DNA of 64,000 nt from Podarcis cretensis (taxonomy: Eukaryota): the NCBI GenBank assembly GCA_951804945.1, contig OX638149.1:77934001-77998000 (forward strand), given 5' to 3'. Under the pieces are notes generated by a model. The model was not told where the DNA came from, made no database searches, and was given only the letters and a program-made list of their open reading frames with translations. Every line of letters starts with the position of its first letter. The stretch's first letter is position 1. Shown here piece after piece: positions 49,909 through 62,432 of the stretch. Made by a program: the position numbers and the translations under genes.

Positions 49909-51448
49909 GTCATTCTGATGCTGCCAGCTGTCAAATATTGTCTGGTACTAAACACTATTGCCTATTATTGAACTATCATTATCAAATATTTGTGGTGGTA
50001 TCCAATGCACGTGTTCCATGAGTGAAAGGATTTCTACTTGCACACACTCCCCCCCCCTCATCCCATGGTCACCTTCCCCAAATCCCTCCAGGTCGGCAGG
50101 TAGGGGTATGGCAAGAGAAGAGGGAGGGAAAGTACTGTTGTGCAGCCAAAAGTCATTGCACTGGCAGAATGAGTGTGCTGAATACTGCCCTTTACACCAC
50201 TGGAATGACAGTTATTGAATATTATTAATAAAACACATTGGGTTGTATCCAATTAAACTTTAGAGTAGTCCCATTGAAATTAATGGACCTATATTAGTCA
50301 TATCTATGAATTTTGGCATGTGTAGTCTGGGTGTACTATGCAAAACTCCTTAATCCTGCTATATTTTTTGTTGAATTACTTACGTTCTATGTACAAAGTC
50401 ATAAATAATTTCTGGTTCCTTGGTTTATTCCACCTGTCTTAGTTTGTTTTTGTTTCATTTAACATCTCCTCCAAGGCTGTATCAAGTGATTTTAACACAG
50501 GCTACTGCACATACCTTTTCTGCCCCATTGGCCCCCAGCAAATACTGTTAAATATTAAATACTATTGCATATCAGCTACCGCGGCACAGTTAAATAACAA
50601 ATATAGTTTGGTGAATATTCAGCAAATTTCCAAGAATACCCTGTTAATAATAATAACAACAACGTAGTCCTGTAAATGCCTCTTTGGAAGTAAGTCCCAC
50701 CGAAACACATTTCCAGCTATGTGTGGACTGGATTATCGTCTAAGTGACATTAAGATTTGCAGAGCCACTCAAGGCCACAGAGTCTGGGCATTCCCCTGCT
50801 AAAGTATTCTTGTGAGGTCCAAGCACTTCCAGGCACCTGGTTATGAAGCCTCAGCCTATGTATCTCCTCAGCCCGACAACCGCTTGTCACATGACAGATA
50901 TTAAAATACCTGGATAGTCACTGGGCAACCTAGGCAACCCATTTACTGGATTTCCCAAGAGCACCTCTGCCTTGGACTTTTTGAATGCACATGCTAAACC
51001 CTCATCATGCGGGGTGGGAACACCTTAGCAAATATTATATTAAAAGCCCCCAAAATTATGACATGTGGGGGAATCATGCAGAACTGATCTAGAGGCAATT
51101 TCTTCCTACACAATAAAGAGAGAAAATCCACCACTATTCCCACACCTGTACTGCACAAATAAGAGGGCTCACTTGATACAAAGTTTGAAAATGTCCCCAC
51201 CCCCAGGACTGGAGCACTCAGGTTTGGAGCTGGTAAGACTTCATGGATAACTGGAGTTACACCCCTACACAGCATTCAGGTGAATGCAAACCTAACCACG
51301 AACCAGCCAAGAGATAAGCACTGCAAAGAAGTAAGGCTAATCCCTGTTGCCCTATTGAGTATTTCCAGGTACCCAACCTGTAGCTTTCTGTGCATCAACT
51401 TCCAAATGGAAAACATTATTTCAAATCAAGATGAAAAGAGATTGGTAC

Positions 51449-51669
51449 CTGTAAGGGTGGTTTAGCATCTGGGCATCCAGGTTGCTCAGTGGTGGTAGTT
51501 GTAGTGGCAATGGTAGTAGTGGGGGTGGGGGTTGTGACAACAACTGTCGGAATGGGTTTTGGTGTTGTTAGTTTGCATGGACCTTTGGATCTCTCAACAG
51601 AACATGTTTTACTACAAACAGCGGTGAAAAGGCAACCATCACTGTCTGTTTTATTGTAAATCGTTTCAC
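51449..51669 (-). CDS. MUC5AC: MUC5AC exon (GETIYNKTDSDGCLFTAVCSKTCSVER...GCPDAKPPLQ)
   Basis: TAG acceptor, CAG|GTACCA donor; 221 bp, phase 1->0. Confidence 0.9.
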
Positions 51670-51890
51670 CTACAAAAGGGAATCAAAGAGTTAGACTGTA
51701 AATATTTCTAACATACAAAGTAGTAGCACAAAATAATGAAAGAATAATGAACAATGGGCTGTATTAAAGAAAGGAGGGTTTAGCAAAAATGTGGAAAAAA
51801 TATGCAAATGAATCCATAAGCAATATTATTTTTCTAATTTTAAGTAAAAATGATGTGCAAAGTCCATAGAAATCTACATTGGTTACTTAC

Positions 51891-54800
51891 CACGTCTGTA
51901 AATGGTTTCATTAATCTTGCAGAAACAGGCAGTTGGTGTTACTGGTACTGTCGTGGTTGGTTTGGGAGTGGTGGTGGTTGGGCTGGTTGTAGGTGGGCAA
52001 CGTGGGTTTACTTCACAGCACAACACCCGTATCTCATAATTCAAGCACTGCCTGAATTTCCCAATTTGCTCATCATTCTTGCAAACCAGTCCAGAATCAA
52101 CATTACACTCAACTTTCTGACCAAGCTGGTCAAGGCGGAGGTCAGGGTGATTTTCAGCCCTGCACTGGATGTTTGATGGCTTGGCACAGATTTTCCCTCC
52201 TACAGCCCGGATTTTGTTATACGTCTCAATGTCACCCCCGTTAGGTCCAGATGTGGGATAGTCAACATCAAACCAGTTGGTCCAGTGACATATAGGTCCA
52301 CAAGTTGTTGTTTCTGGAGAGGTGGAAGTTGTCTCGGTAGTGGTGGTGGTGACTGGCACAGTGGTTGTGGGCAAGGTGGTTGTGCTGACTGGCCGAGGTG
52401 TGGTGGTTGTCGTTGTTGGTTGTGTTGTGGTGGTTTTGGGTACTGTAGTTGTTAATGGTGTTGTGGTTGTTGTTTCTGGAGCTGTAGTGGTGGGTTTGGG
52501 AGTGGTGGTGGTTGTCGTTGTTGGTTGTGTTGTGGTGGTTTTTGGTGCTGTAGTTGTTACTGGTGTGGTGGTTGTTGTTTCTGGAGCTGTCGTGGTTGGT
52601 TTGGGAGTGGTGGTGGTTGGGATGGTTGTAGGTGGGCAACGTGGGTTTTCTTCACAGCACAACACCCGTATCTCATAATTCAAGCACTGCTTAAATTTCC
52701 CAATTTGCTCATCATTCTTGCACACCAGTCCAGAATCAACATTACACTCGACAACTTGACCAACCTGGTCAAGGCGGAGGTCAGGGTCATTTTCAGCCCT
52801 GCACTGGATGTTTGATGGTTTGGCACAGATCTTCTCTCCTGCATCACGGATCTTGTTATATGTCTCAATGTCACCCCCGTTTGGTCCGGAAGTGGGATAG
52901 TCAACATCAAACCAGTCGGTCCAGTGACATATAGGTCCACAAGTTGTTGTTTCTGGAGAGGTGGTAGTCGTCTCGGTAGTTGTGGTGGTGACTGGCACAG
53001 TGGTTGTGGGCAAGGTGGTTGTACTTACTGGCCGAGGTGTGGTGGTGGTGGTGGTGGTGGTTGTCGTTGTTGGTTGTGTTGTGGTGGTTTTTGGTGCTGT
53101 AGTTGTTACTGGTGTGGTGGTGGTTGTTTCTGGAGCTGTCGTGGTTGGTTTGGGAGTGGTGGTGGTTGGGATGGTTGTAGGTGGGCAACGTGGGTTTTCT
53201 TCACAGCACAACACCCGTATCTCATAATTCAAGCACTGCTTAAATTTCCCAATTTGCTCATCATTCTTGCACACCAGCCCAGAATCAACATTACACTTGA
53301 CAACTTGACCAACCTGGTCAAGGCGGAGGTCAGGGTCATTTTCAGCCCTGCACTGGATGTTTGATGGTTTGGCACAGATCTTCTCTCCTGCATCACGGAT
53401 CTTGTTATATGTCTCAATGTCACCCCCGTTTGGTCCGGAAGTGGGATAGTCAACATCAAACCAGTCGGTCCAGTGACATATAGGTCCACAAGTTGTTGTT
53501 TCTGGAGAGGTGGTAGTCGTCTCAGTAGTTGTGGTGGTGATTGGCACAGTGGTTGTGGGCAAGGTGGTTGTACTTACTGGCCGAGGTGTGGTGGTGGTGG
53601 TGGTGGTGGTCGTTGTTGGTTGTGTTGTGGTGGTTTTTGGTGCTGTAGTTGTTACTGGTGTGGTGGTGGTTGTTTCTGGAGCTGTCGTGGTTGGTTTGGG
53701 AGTGGTGGTGGTTGGGCTGGTTGTAGTTGGGCAACGTGGGTTTTCTTCACAGCACAACACCCGTATCTCATAATTCAAGCACTGCCTGATTTTCCCAATT
53801 TGCTCATCATTCTTGCAAACCAGTCCAGAATCAACATTACACTCAACTTTCTGACCAACCTGGTCAAGGCTGAGGCCAGGGTGATTTTCAGCCCTGCACT
53901 GGATGTTTGATGGCTTGGCACAGATCTTCCCTCCTGCAGCACGGATCTTGTTATATGTCTCAATGTCACCCCCGTTTGGTCCAGAAGTCGGATAGTCAAC
54001 ATCAAACCAGTCGGTCCACTGACATATAGGTCCACAGGTTGTTGTTTCTGGAGAGGTGGTAGTCGTCTCGGTAGTTGTGGTGGTGATTGGTACAGTGGTC
54101 GTGGGCAAGGTGGTTGTGCTTACTGGCCGAGGTGTAGTGGTGGTGGTGGTGGTTGTTTTTGGTTGCGTTGTGGTTGTTTTGGGTGCTGTAGTTGTTACTG
54201 GTGTGGTGGTGGTTGTTTCTGGAGATGTAGTGGTTGGTTTCGGAGTGGTGGTGGTGGTGGTTGTCGTCGTTGGCTGTGTTGTGGTGGTTTTGGGTGCTGT
54301 AGTTGTTACTGGTGTCGTGGTGGTTGTTTCTGGAGCTGTAGTGGTGGGTTTGGGAGTGGTGGTGGTTGTCGTTGTTGGTTGTGTTGTGGTGGTTTTGGGT
54401 GCAGTAGTTGTTACTGGTGTGGTGGTGGTTGTTTCTGGAGCAGTAGTGGTTGGTTTGGGAGTGGTGGTGGTTGGGATGGTTGTAGGTGGGCAACGTGGGT
54501 TTACTTCACAGCACAACACCCGTATCTCATAATTCAAGCACTGCCTGATTTTCCCAATTTGCTCATCATTCTTGCAAACCAGTCCAGAATCAACATTACA
54601 CTCAACTTTCTGACCAACCTGGTCAAGGCTGAGGCCAGGGTGATTTTCAGCCCTGCACTGGATGTTTGATGGCTTGGCACAGATCTTGCCACCTGCATCT
54701 CGGATGTTGTTATATGTCTCAATGTCACCCCCGTTTGGTCCGGAAGTGGGATAGTCAACATCAAACCAGTCGGTCCACTGACATATAGGTCCACAGGTTG

Positions 54801-57800
54801 TTGTTTCTGGAGAGGTGGTAGTCGTCTCGGTAGTTGTGGTGGTGATTGGTACAGTGGTCGTGGGCAAGGTGGTTGTGCTTACTGGCCGAGGTGTAGTGGT
54901 GGTGGTGGTTGTTGTTGTTGGTTGCGTTGTGGTTGTTTTGGGTGCTGTAGTTGTTACTGGTGTGGTGGTGGTTGTTTCTGGAGCTGTAGTGGTTGGTTTC
55001 GGAGTGGTGGTGGTGGTGGTTGTCGTCATTGGCTGTGTTGTGGTGGTTTTGGGTGCTGTAGTTGTTACTGGTGTCGTGGTGGTTGTTTCTGGAGCTGTAG
55101 CGGTGGGTTTGGGAGTGGTGGTGGTTGTCGTTGTTGGTTGTGTTGTGGTGGTTTTGGGTGCAGTAGTTGTTACTGGTGTGGTGGTGGTTGTTTCTGGAGC
55201 AGTAGTGGTTGGTTTGGGAGTGGTGGTGGTTGGGATGGTTGTAGGTGGGCAACGTGGGTTTACTTCACAGCACAACACCCGTATCTCATAATTCAAGCAC
55301 TGCCTGATTTTCCCAATTTGCTCATCATTCTTGCAAACCAGTCCAGAATCAACATTACACTCAACTTTCTGACCAACCTGGTCAAGGCTGAGGCCAGGGT
55401 GATTTTCAGCCCTGCACTGGATGTTTGATGGCTTGGCACAGATCTTCCCTCCTGCAGCACGGATCTTGTTATATGTCTCAATGTCACCCCCGTTAGGTCC
55501 AGATGTGGGATAGTCAACATCAAACCAGTCAGTCCAGTGACATATAGGTCCACAGGTTGTTGTTTCTGGAGAGGTGGTAGTCGTCTCAGTTGTTGTGGTA
55601 GTGACTGGCACAGTGGTTGTGGGCAAGGTGGTTGTGCTTACTGGTCGAGGTGTGGTGGTGGTGGTTGTCGTTGTTGGTTGTGTTGTGGTGGTTTTTGGTG
55701 CTGTAGTTGTTACTAGTGTTGTGGTTGTTGTTTCTGGAGCAGTAGTGGTTTGTTTAGGAGTGGTGGTGGTTGTTGTTGTTGGTTGCGTTGTGATGGTTTT
55801 GGGTGCTGTAGTTGTTACTGGTGTGGTGGTGGTTGTTTCTGGAGCTGTAGTGGTTGGTTTGGGAGTGGTGGTGGTTGTCGTTGTTGGTTGTGTTGTGGTG
55901 GTTTTGGGTGCAGTAGTTGTTACTGGTGTGGTGGTGGTTGTTTCTGGAGCAGTAGTGGTTGGTTTGGGAGTGGTGGTGGTTGGGATGGTTGTAGGTGGGC
56001 AACGTGGGTTTACTTCACAGCACAACACCCGTATCTCATAATTCAAGCACTGCTTGAATTCCCCAATTTGTTCATTATTCCTGCAAACTAGTCCAGAGTC
56101 AACATTACACTCTACTATCTGATCGAGTTGGTCAAGGCTGAGGTCAGGGTGATTTTCAGCCCTGCACTGGATGTTTGATGGCTTGGCACAGATCTTGCCA
56201 CCTGCATCTCGGATGTTGTTATATGTCTCAATGTCACCCCCATTAGGTCCAGAAGTGGGATAGTCAACATCAAACCAGTTGGTCCACTGACATATAGGTC
56301 CACAAGTTGTTGTTTCTGGAGAGGTGGTAGTCGTCTCGGTAGTTGTTGTGGTGACTGGTACAGTGGTCGTGGGCAAGGTGGTTGTGCTTACTGGCCGAGG
56401 TGTGGTGGTTGGTGTCGTTGTTGGCTGTTTTGTAGTGGTTTTGGGTTCTGTAGTTGTTACTGGTGTGGTGGTGGTCGTTTCTGGAGCTGTAGTTGTTGGT
56501 TTGGGAGTGGTGGTGGCACTGGTTGTTGTCACCATTGTAGTCCTTTCTGGTGTCATTCTAGGCAAAGTCGTGCTTACTACCACAGGTGTGGTGGTTGCTT
56601 TTGTTGTTGTGATGACACTGGTGGTTGTTTCCGTTGTCTGTGTTGTGGTGGTTTGCAATTTCGTAGTTGTTGCTGGCTTCGTTGTTGTAACTTCAGTTGT
56701 CGGCTTAGTTTTCGGTGTTTCAGGTTTTGTACTAATTAATGGTGTTGTCCTTGTTGTGACTTTTGTTGTTTGTAGAGGTTTAGTTGTGATTGATGTTGTT
56801 CCATTTAGTAGCGGTGCTTTTGATGGCTGTGTAGTTGTCTGAGTTCGTGTAATAATAGTCTTTTCTTTGGTAGTAGTTATTGGTGTTGATGCTATTGTGG
56901 TTGTTTTGCTGGTGGTTGTTGTTTGTGAGGTTGTAGTTAAAGGCTTTGTAGTTGTTAGTGGTCTGGTTGTTGGACATGGTACAATTATTTTTTCACAGCA
57001 TTCAATTCTTATCTCATAATTATAGCAAATTGGTGGAAGTTGTTCTTTGTTGTAACATATGAGTCCTTCTGTTTTACTACAAGTAACTTTTTGCTCTAAT
57101 TCATTTAGTGGTGTATCAGGATATCTTTCTGCTCTGCATTCAACATTTTTTGGTGCCTTACAGACTTTGTATCCTTTGGCTCGTATATTCTTAAATGTAT
57201 CAAAATCTCCATCATCTGGTGCGGATCCTGGGTAACTTATATCATACCACTGTGACCATTCACAAACTTCCTTAGTGCATTGTTCAGGTGTCGAAGGGAC
57301 TGTTGTTGAAATTGTTGTCGTTTCTAAACTTTTTGTTGTCTCTGGAACAGTTGTCACTGTTGTTGGTGACTGTGTTGTAGTTGGAGGTGTTGTGGTTAGT
57401 GTTGTTGCTTCAGAAGTAGTTGACACTATGGTTGTACCTTTTGTTGTAATTTGTGAGGTTGTTGATGTAGTTGTTGACACAGTTGGATGTGTTGTTTTTT
57501 TTGTTGTGGGTGTGGTTATAATTTTAGTTGTAGAAGGTGTTGTTTCAGTTGTAGTTTCTGGAATTGTAGTGGATGTTGTGGCTGTAGTAGTTGTGGTTGT
57601 AGATTTAGTAGTAGAAGGTGTGGTTGTGACTGTTGTTGTTTTTGGCTTAGTTGTCACTATTGATGTAGATGTTGTTTCTGGAGTTGTACTAGTAACTGTG
57701 GTAGTTACTGAAACAGTACTTGTGCTTGCTGTTGTAGTTTCTGGAGTGGTGGTTAAGCAGTCAGTATAACAGCAGTATACTTTGATCTGATAGTTATAAC

Positions 57801-58553
57801 ACATCTGCAAGATTCCTGACTGTTCCTCATTTTTGCAGACAAAGCCAAATGTCACATTGCACTGAACAGTTTGTCCAATTTCATCAATAGATTTCTCTGG
57901 ATATTTCTCTGCCCTGCATTCTATACGTTCAGGTTTTTGGCATATATCTTTTCCTGCAGCCTTAATGATGTCGTATGTTTCAAAATCCCCTTTGTTGTCC
58001 AAAGTGGGAAAGTGCACATCGTACCATTCAGTCCATTTACATGTGAGTTTACAAGGTGTTGACCGTGGTATTTCTGTTGTGGTTGCTGGGGTTGTAGTTG
58101 AGATGCTAGTTGTTTCGGTTACTACAGTTGTGGTAGGTGGTAGCTTTGGTGTTGTTACAGGAGTAGGAGTTGTTACAGGAAGAGTAGTTGGTGTTGTTGT
58201 GTGCGTAGTCCCAGGTGTCGATGCAGTAATGCCACATGGTTCAAAGCTACAACACTGGATTTTGATTTGATAATTGTGGCAGCTCATTGGATGCTGATCC
58301 TTGTTGTAACAGATTAGCCCCACTGTTTTACTGCATTCTACTTTCTGGCCCAGTTCACTTAATGGAGTATTGGGAAATTTCTCAGCTCTGCAGGCAACGG
58401 CCCTTGGAGCTCTGCAGACTTTATATCCTTCTGCTCGTAGTTTTTCAAAAGTATCAAAATCTCCATCATCATCTCCAGAGCCAGGCTGGCTCACATCATA
58501 CCACTGTGACCACTGGCATACTTCCTGAACACAAACGGATGTTGTTACAGGCA
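51891..58553 (-). CDS. MUC5AC: MUC5AC large central exon: 10 CysD (WxxW) domains interspersed with Thr/Pro-rich PTS domains
   Basis: Uninterrupted 6,663-bp ORF, CAG acceptor at 58554-56, GTAAGT donor; CysD signature CxWxxW.D...GD.ET...C.....CRA...C....GL.C.N..Q...C.NY.I...CC seen 10 times. Confidence 0.97.
51940..56515 (-). repeat. Higher-order coding tandem array: 7 near-identical CysD domains separated by 1-3 copies of a ~35-aa Thr-rich unit (PKPTTTAPETTTTTPVTTTAPKTTTTQPT(n))
   Basis: Spacing between successive CGPIC motifs: 750, 759, 759, 546, 549, 639 bp. Confidence 0.95.
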
Positions 58554-59820
58554 CTGTGAGGGTAAAAAGATAAAATGGCACATTAGTATTTTCATGCTTA
58601 TTTAAACTTTTAAATGTTAAGCATGTACAGTAGAAGCTGTGTGTAAGAAGGAAGTTTCCTTGAGGCTCTTCTAGACTGCCACCATTTCCAGGCGGGATTC
58701 AGTCACATACCAGCAAATTCATTTGGTGCAATTGATTTGGTGCTCTTGAGCAACAAACTCACTCCCTTCTAAAACTGAGTTACTTGCAAATGAGACTGGG
58801 AAATGCCCTGGAAAAGGGTGGGATAACATTGGCTCGAAACCGTGTTATCTAACCTCCCTGGCAAACAAATCAGAATGGATGCTCAAGAAACAGGTGGTTT
58901 GGAAGCAACCTTTGAGGGTTTAACTAAATCAGTTCATCCGAGCCATCTGGACTGAACCAATCCATTGGACCCCTCTGGAACTAGTTGCTGAGTAACACAG
59001 GCTTTTAAATATCTCTATTTCCTTTTGTAAGAACAAAATGTAAAATGAAAATGTTCGAGTGAGGAAATGAGAAGGAAAAGTGATATGGGCTGCTGGGACT
59101 GGAGCTCCTCAGAGACCTGAATCAAGAAACTGGGTAGCAGCTGATTGAGATGGGAGGAAAACTGAATGAAGCACATATGAGATGGGTGGGAGCACTATGA
59201 ATAAACAGGGTACTGCAAGTTGCCCAGAAATTAGTCAAGGAGAACCTGGAGTGAAGCACCTCCATTTTTCTCCTCAGCTCTTTGGGAGATTGGAAACACA
59301 TCACAGGAGGGACCACAGCTTATTGGCTTACTTAAAAGTATCCTATATACATTTACTTACAAGTAGTTCTTCACACCAGTAAAAAATGCTTATTGTTTTC
59401 CAAAACATTTCATTGAAAGATTTAAACTACAGAGGCACAGGTCATATTTTGCATTGCTGGAGCTGGAGAGGTAGCCCTCTCATCCGGGCTTCCCAGAAAA
59501 CACCCATCCCTTCCTAGATTGATTGGAATGGCTGGTATTCATTTCCACCAGCTCAGAAAATGCTAAGGGTAAAAACGCCCATGCAGTACCATTCCAGGAG
59601 TACCATTCCAGGAGGCAGTACTATGTCTCCGCCATAGCAATGTACCATACAGCTATGCAAAAGGTGGTAAAGAAACTACAGAAATCCACAGACAACGTTG
59701 AAGGGTAATGCTCTTGAAATTTATACTCTACTACTAATTCCAATGTGCTGGAGATGGGTTTCACTGAACAGGGTAGGGAGGGAGTGAACCATATGATTGC
59801 ACTATCATCAGAGTTTTTAC

Positions 59821-60051
59821 CTGCAGTAGTGGTTGCTGGTGAAGAGGTACTGGAAAAGTTAAAGACGGTAGTGGTTGGTGCAGTGGTGGTGGTGGTGGTT
59901 GTGGTGGGTGTTGTTGTGCATGGGAAGATATTCCTCTCTATTGTTCCATTCTTACTGCAAATCGCAGTGATGCACCCTCCAATGCCATCTGTTGTGTTGT
60001 AGATGACATCCCCCGGCTTGCTAATCTTCCCTTCATAGATGCAGTGGCATT
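59821..60051 (-). CDS. MUC5AC: MUC5AC exon (ECHCIYEGK...NTTDGIGGCITAICSKNGTIER..., first Thr-rich stretch)
   Basis: CAG acceptor, GTAAAA donor; 231 bp, phase 1->1. Confidence 0.92.
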
Positions 60052-60152
60052 CTGTCATTCAAAAGAAATTGTCAGCATTAAACTTCTTAAAATGTAAAAG
60101 GCTGTTCCAAATCACTCACAATTCGTATTAAAACTTAGCACTGAAAACATAC

Positions 60153-60199
60153 CAAGTTCATCGTATCGACACTCTGGTTTGCCAGCCATGGAACAATAG
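60153..60199 (-). CDS. MUC5AC: MUC5AC small exon (CYCSMAGKPECRYDEL)
   Basis: TAG acceptor, GTATG donor; 47 bp, phase 2->1, joins both neighbours in frame. Confidence 0.88.
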
Positions 60200-60475
60200 C
60201 TAAAAGGAAAGAAAATACATTTGAAGATAGTTAATTTTCTTTAGTGAGCAAAGAAGACACTATCAGCCCTCCTTATATTAGTTGTTGGCATCCGTCTGCC
60301 TCAAGAGACAATGGAGTGTGCCCTCAGGGGCATATACAACCAGTATAAAAGAATGTCTATGGAGGTGAAATTCTGAATAAACTACTACACTTGGATTGAG
60401 AAAGCAATTTTAGGCTTTGACTCTAATTGGTTTTACTCATTTACTCAGAACTAAATTCCATGACATCCAGTAGCA

Positions 60476-60685
60476 GATTGTGATCTACTGGTAGATCATT
60501 GAACGTCTGTGGTAGATCACTGTCAGATCACAGGCTCCCCCCAAAAGAAGCTCCCCTAAAGAAAGCGTTCCTCCTCCCTAAAAAAGCTCAACAACTTAGA
60601 CTAGAACCCCCCAAAAGGTGGTAGATCACTGCCGGTTTCTAACTCTGAGAGTAGATCACAGTCTCTCGGGAGTTGGCCATCCCGG
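60476..60685. mobile_element. Non-autonomous DNA transposon fragment (hAT-like) with repeated GTAGATCAC subterminal motifs
   Basis: Several copies of GTAGATCA(C/T); right end GTTGGCCATCCCGG. Confidence 0.55.
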
Positions 60686-61788
60686 CAGTAGAGCTTCCAT
60701 TTTCCAGGTGAGTGTGTGAAAGACTGCATCTTACTTGCTGTTGGAAGGAAGTTCCATTGAAATAAATGGACTGCACTTCAAAGTAAATGGAATTAAAATT
60801 GAATCATTTATCTTTTTGGTTCCACAGGGAACATCCAATGATTAACTCTAATTTTCTTTTTGTAAAAGCAGATACCCCCTTCCCCCCAACAATTGGTATA
60901 TTGGCTGTTGTTTAGAAGGTGGGGCTAACTGATGATTCCCAGGTAAGGTCCTCCCCCTATTGTGTGGGCAGGTGGTCCCTCCCCCTACTTGGCCTGATCA
61001 CCTTGGCAACGCCTCCCCAGGCGGGATTGGGCAACTGGCTGAGGTAGGCGGAGACCTCCAGGTATCCCACCTGGAGAAGGCGAAGCCAAGCCTGTGCTAA
61101 TGGTGCCACATAGGGTCCAGGGGGCTGCGCGCGACCACACAAAGGGCTTACTTAATGTGGGGAGCGGTCATTCCTAAAGCTGATTTGGTTGGTTATTCAT
61201 TCTACTAATCAGCATGGACAATGGCTGTGTATATAACAAACATTTAAAGCAAATCTCCCCCTGAAAGAATCTTGGGAACTGTGGTTTACCCCCAGAACTA
61301 AAATTCCCAGCACACTTAACAAACTACAGATCCCACGAATCTTTGGGGTTGGGAATGTGCTTTCAATGTGCTTTCAATGTATGGTGTGTACACAGCCCTA
61401 AATATCAGAATCTGTCCCTATATAAAAGGAAGAAGTACAGTACGTAGGATAGTAGAGAATCCTCACCAGAACCTACAGAAGAGGAGAAACAAATTAGCTG
61501 AGTGAAAGTGAAGAAAAGAGCAGTAGTAATTTCACTAGAGCCTTCAGGCAAACTTTCTTTCTACCGCAGTAGAAGTTCAAAAAGAGGTGGGCAGGAGAGA
61601 AGAATGGAACCCATATTATAATGTAGTAAGACATGCTGGAGCAGATTAATCCTAAGGAGAACATTTCCAAACTTTGCCTTCTCAAACCTGTTTCTGCAGT
61701 ATGAAATAGAGCATGCTATGCCTCTGCACAACTTTAAACAATTTTACATTCACATTCTCATTCTCATCATTTGAAAGACAAGCATTAC

Positions 61789-61939
61789 CATGATTCACAG
61801 CTCTTTTGTGAAGGCATTTTTTCTCCTGGTTTATAGTGGTTTCCTTTGCCATCAAAGCAGCCGCATGCTGGAAGATCAACACACTGCATCTCATCTTCAT
61901 CAAAATAGGGCTTATCAGCTGGACACTTTGGATAGCAGC
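61789..61939 (-). CDS. MUC5AC: MUC5AC exon (end of D3 assembly: GCYPKCPADKPYFDEDEMQCVDLPACGCFDGKGNHYKPGEKMPSQKSCES)
   Basis: CAG acceptor at 61940-42, GTAATG donor; 151 bp, phase 1->2; Cys pattern typical of mucin E3 region. Confidence 0.92.
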
Positions 61940-62027
61940 CTGTGGTAAGAAAGAGAGCTTTTATCATACCCTGTACAAATGTTAGCCTTTAAGCTGATTT
62001 TGTGTATGGTGCTGTCACACCATAAAC

Positions 62028-62164
62028 CAGGGATGAGGAAGCTTTGGCCTCCATACATTGCTGGACTCAAGCTCCCATCAGTCATAGCCAGCATGGCCAA
62101 GGGTCAGGAATGATGGGAACTGTAGTTCAACAACATCTGGAGGGCCACAGGCTGCCCATCCCTG
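62028..62164. mobile_element. hAT-type MITE
   Basis: CAGGGATG...CATCCCTG termini with internal GGCCTCCA/TGGAGGGCC inverted arms; same family as 15495-15626. Confidence 0.7.
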
Positions 62165-62432
62165 CCATATCTTGATCTCAAGCAACTGTCATTTAGCAAG
62201 GCTGGGGCTCAGGAGAAGAGGCCATGGATGCAGAGGGAATCTCTTGACCAAAAGGAAGATTGACCTCAGAACCAGCTTTAGACATTCCTGCCTCCTTGGG
62301 TGTTCTAGCATCAAAAGAGCACATGATGCCTGCACCTCTCCACCTTGAAGAAGTTGCCTTGTCTTCCTCGAACTCTGGTCTCCAGCTTAGAGGCAAGAAC
62401 TGAACCTTGGTCTCCCCCAAGCTTCCAAAGTG

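Noticed and set aside
52268-57769. Many Val-rich, Cys/Gly/Trp-rich and His/Asn-rich ORFs overlapping the central exon
   Set aside because: These are antisense or alternative-frame shadows of ACN/CCN codon repeats, with no independent splice or start signals.
58554-58581. N-terminal MPFYLFTLT of the 2232-aa ORF
   Set aside because: Intronic polypyrimidine tract read-through; the exon starts after the CAG at 58553.
60930-60936. CTGATGA hammerhead core motif
   Set aside because: No stem II or GAAA follows.
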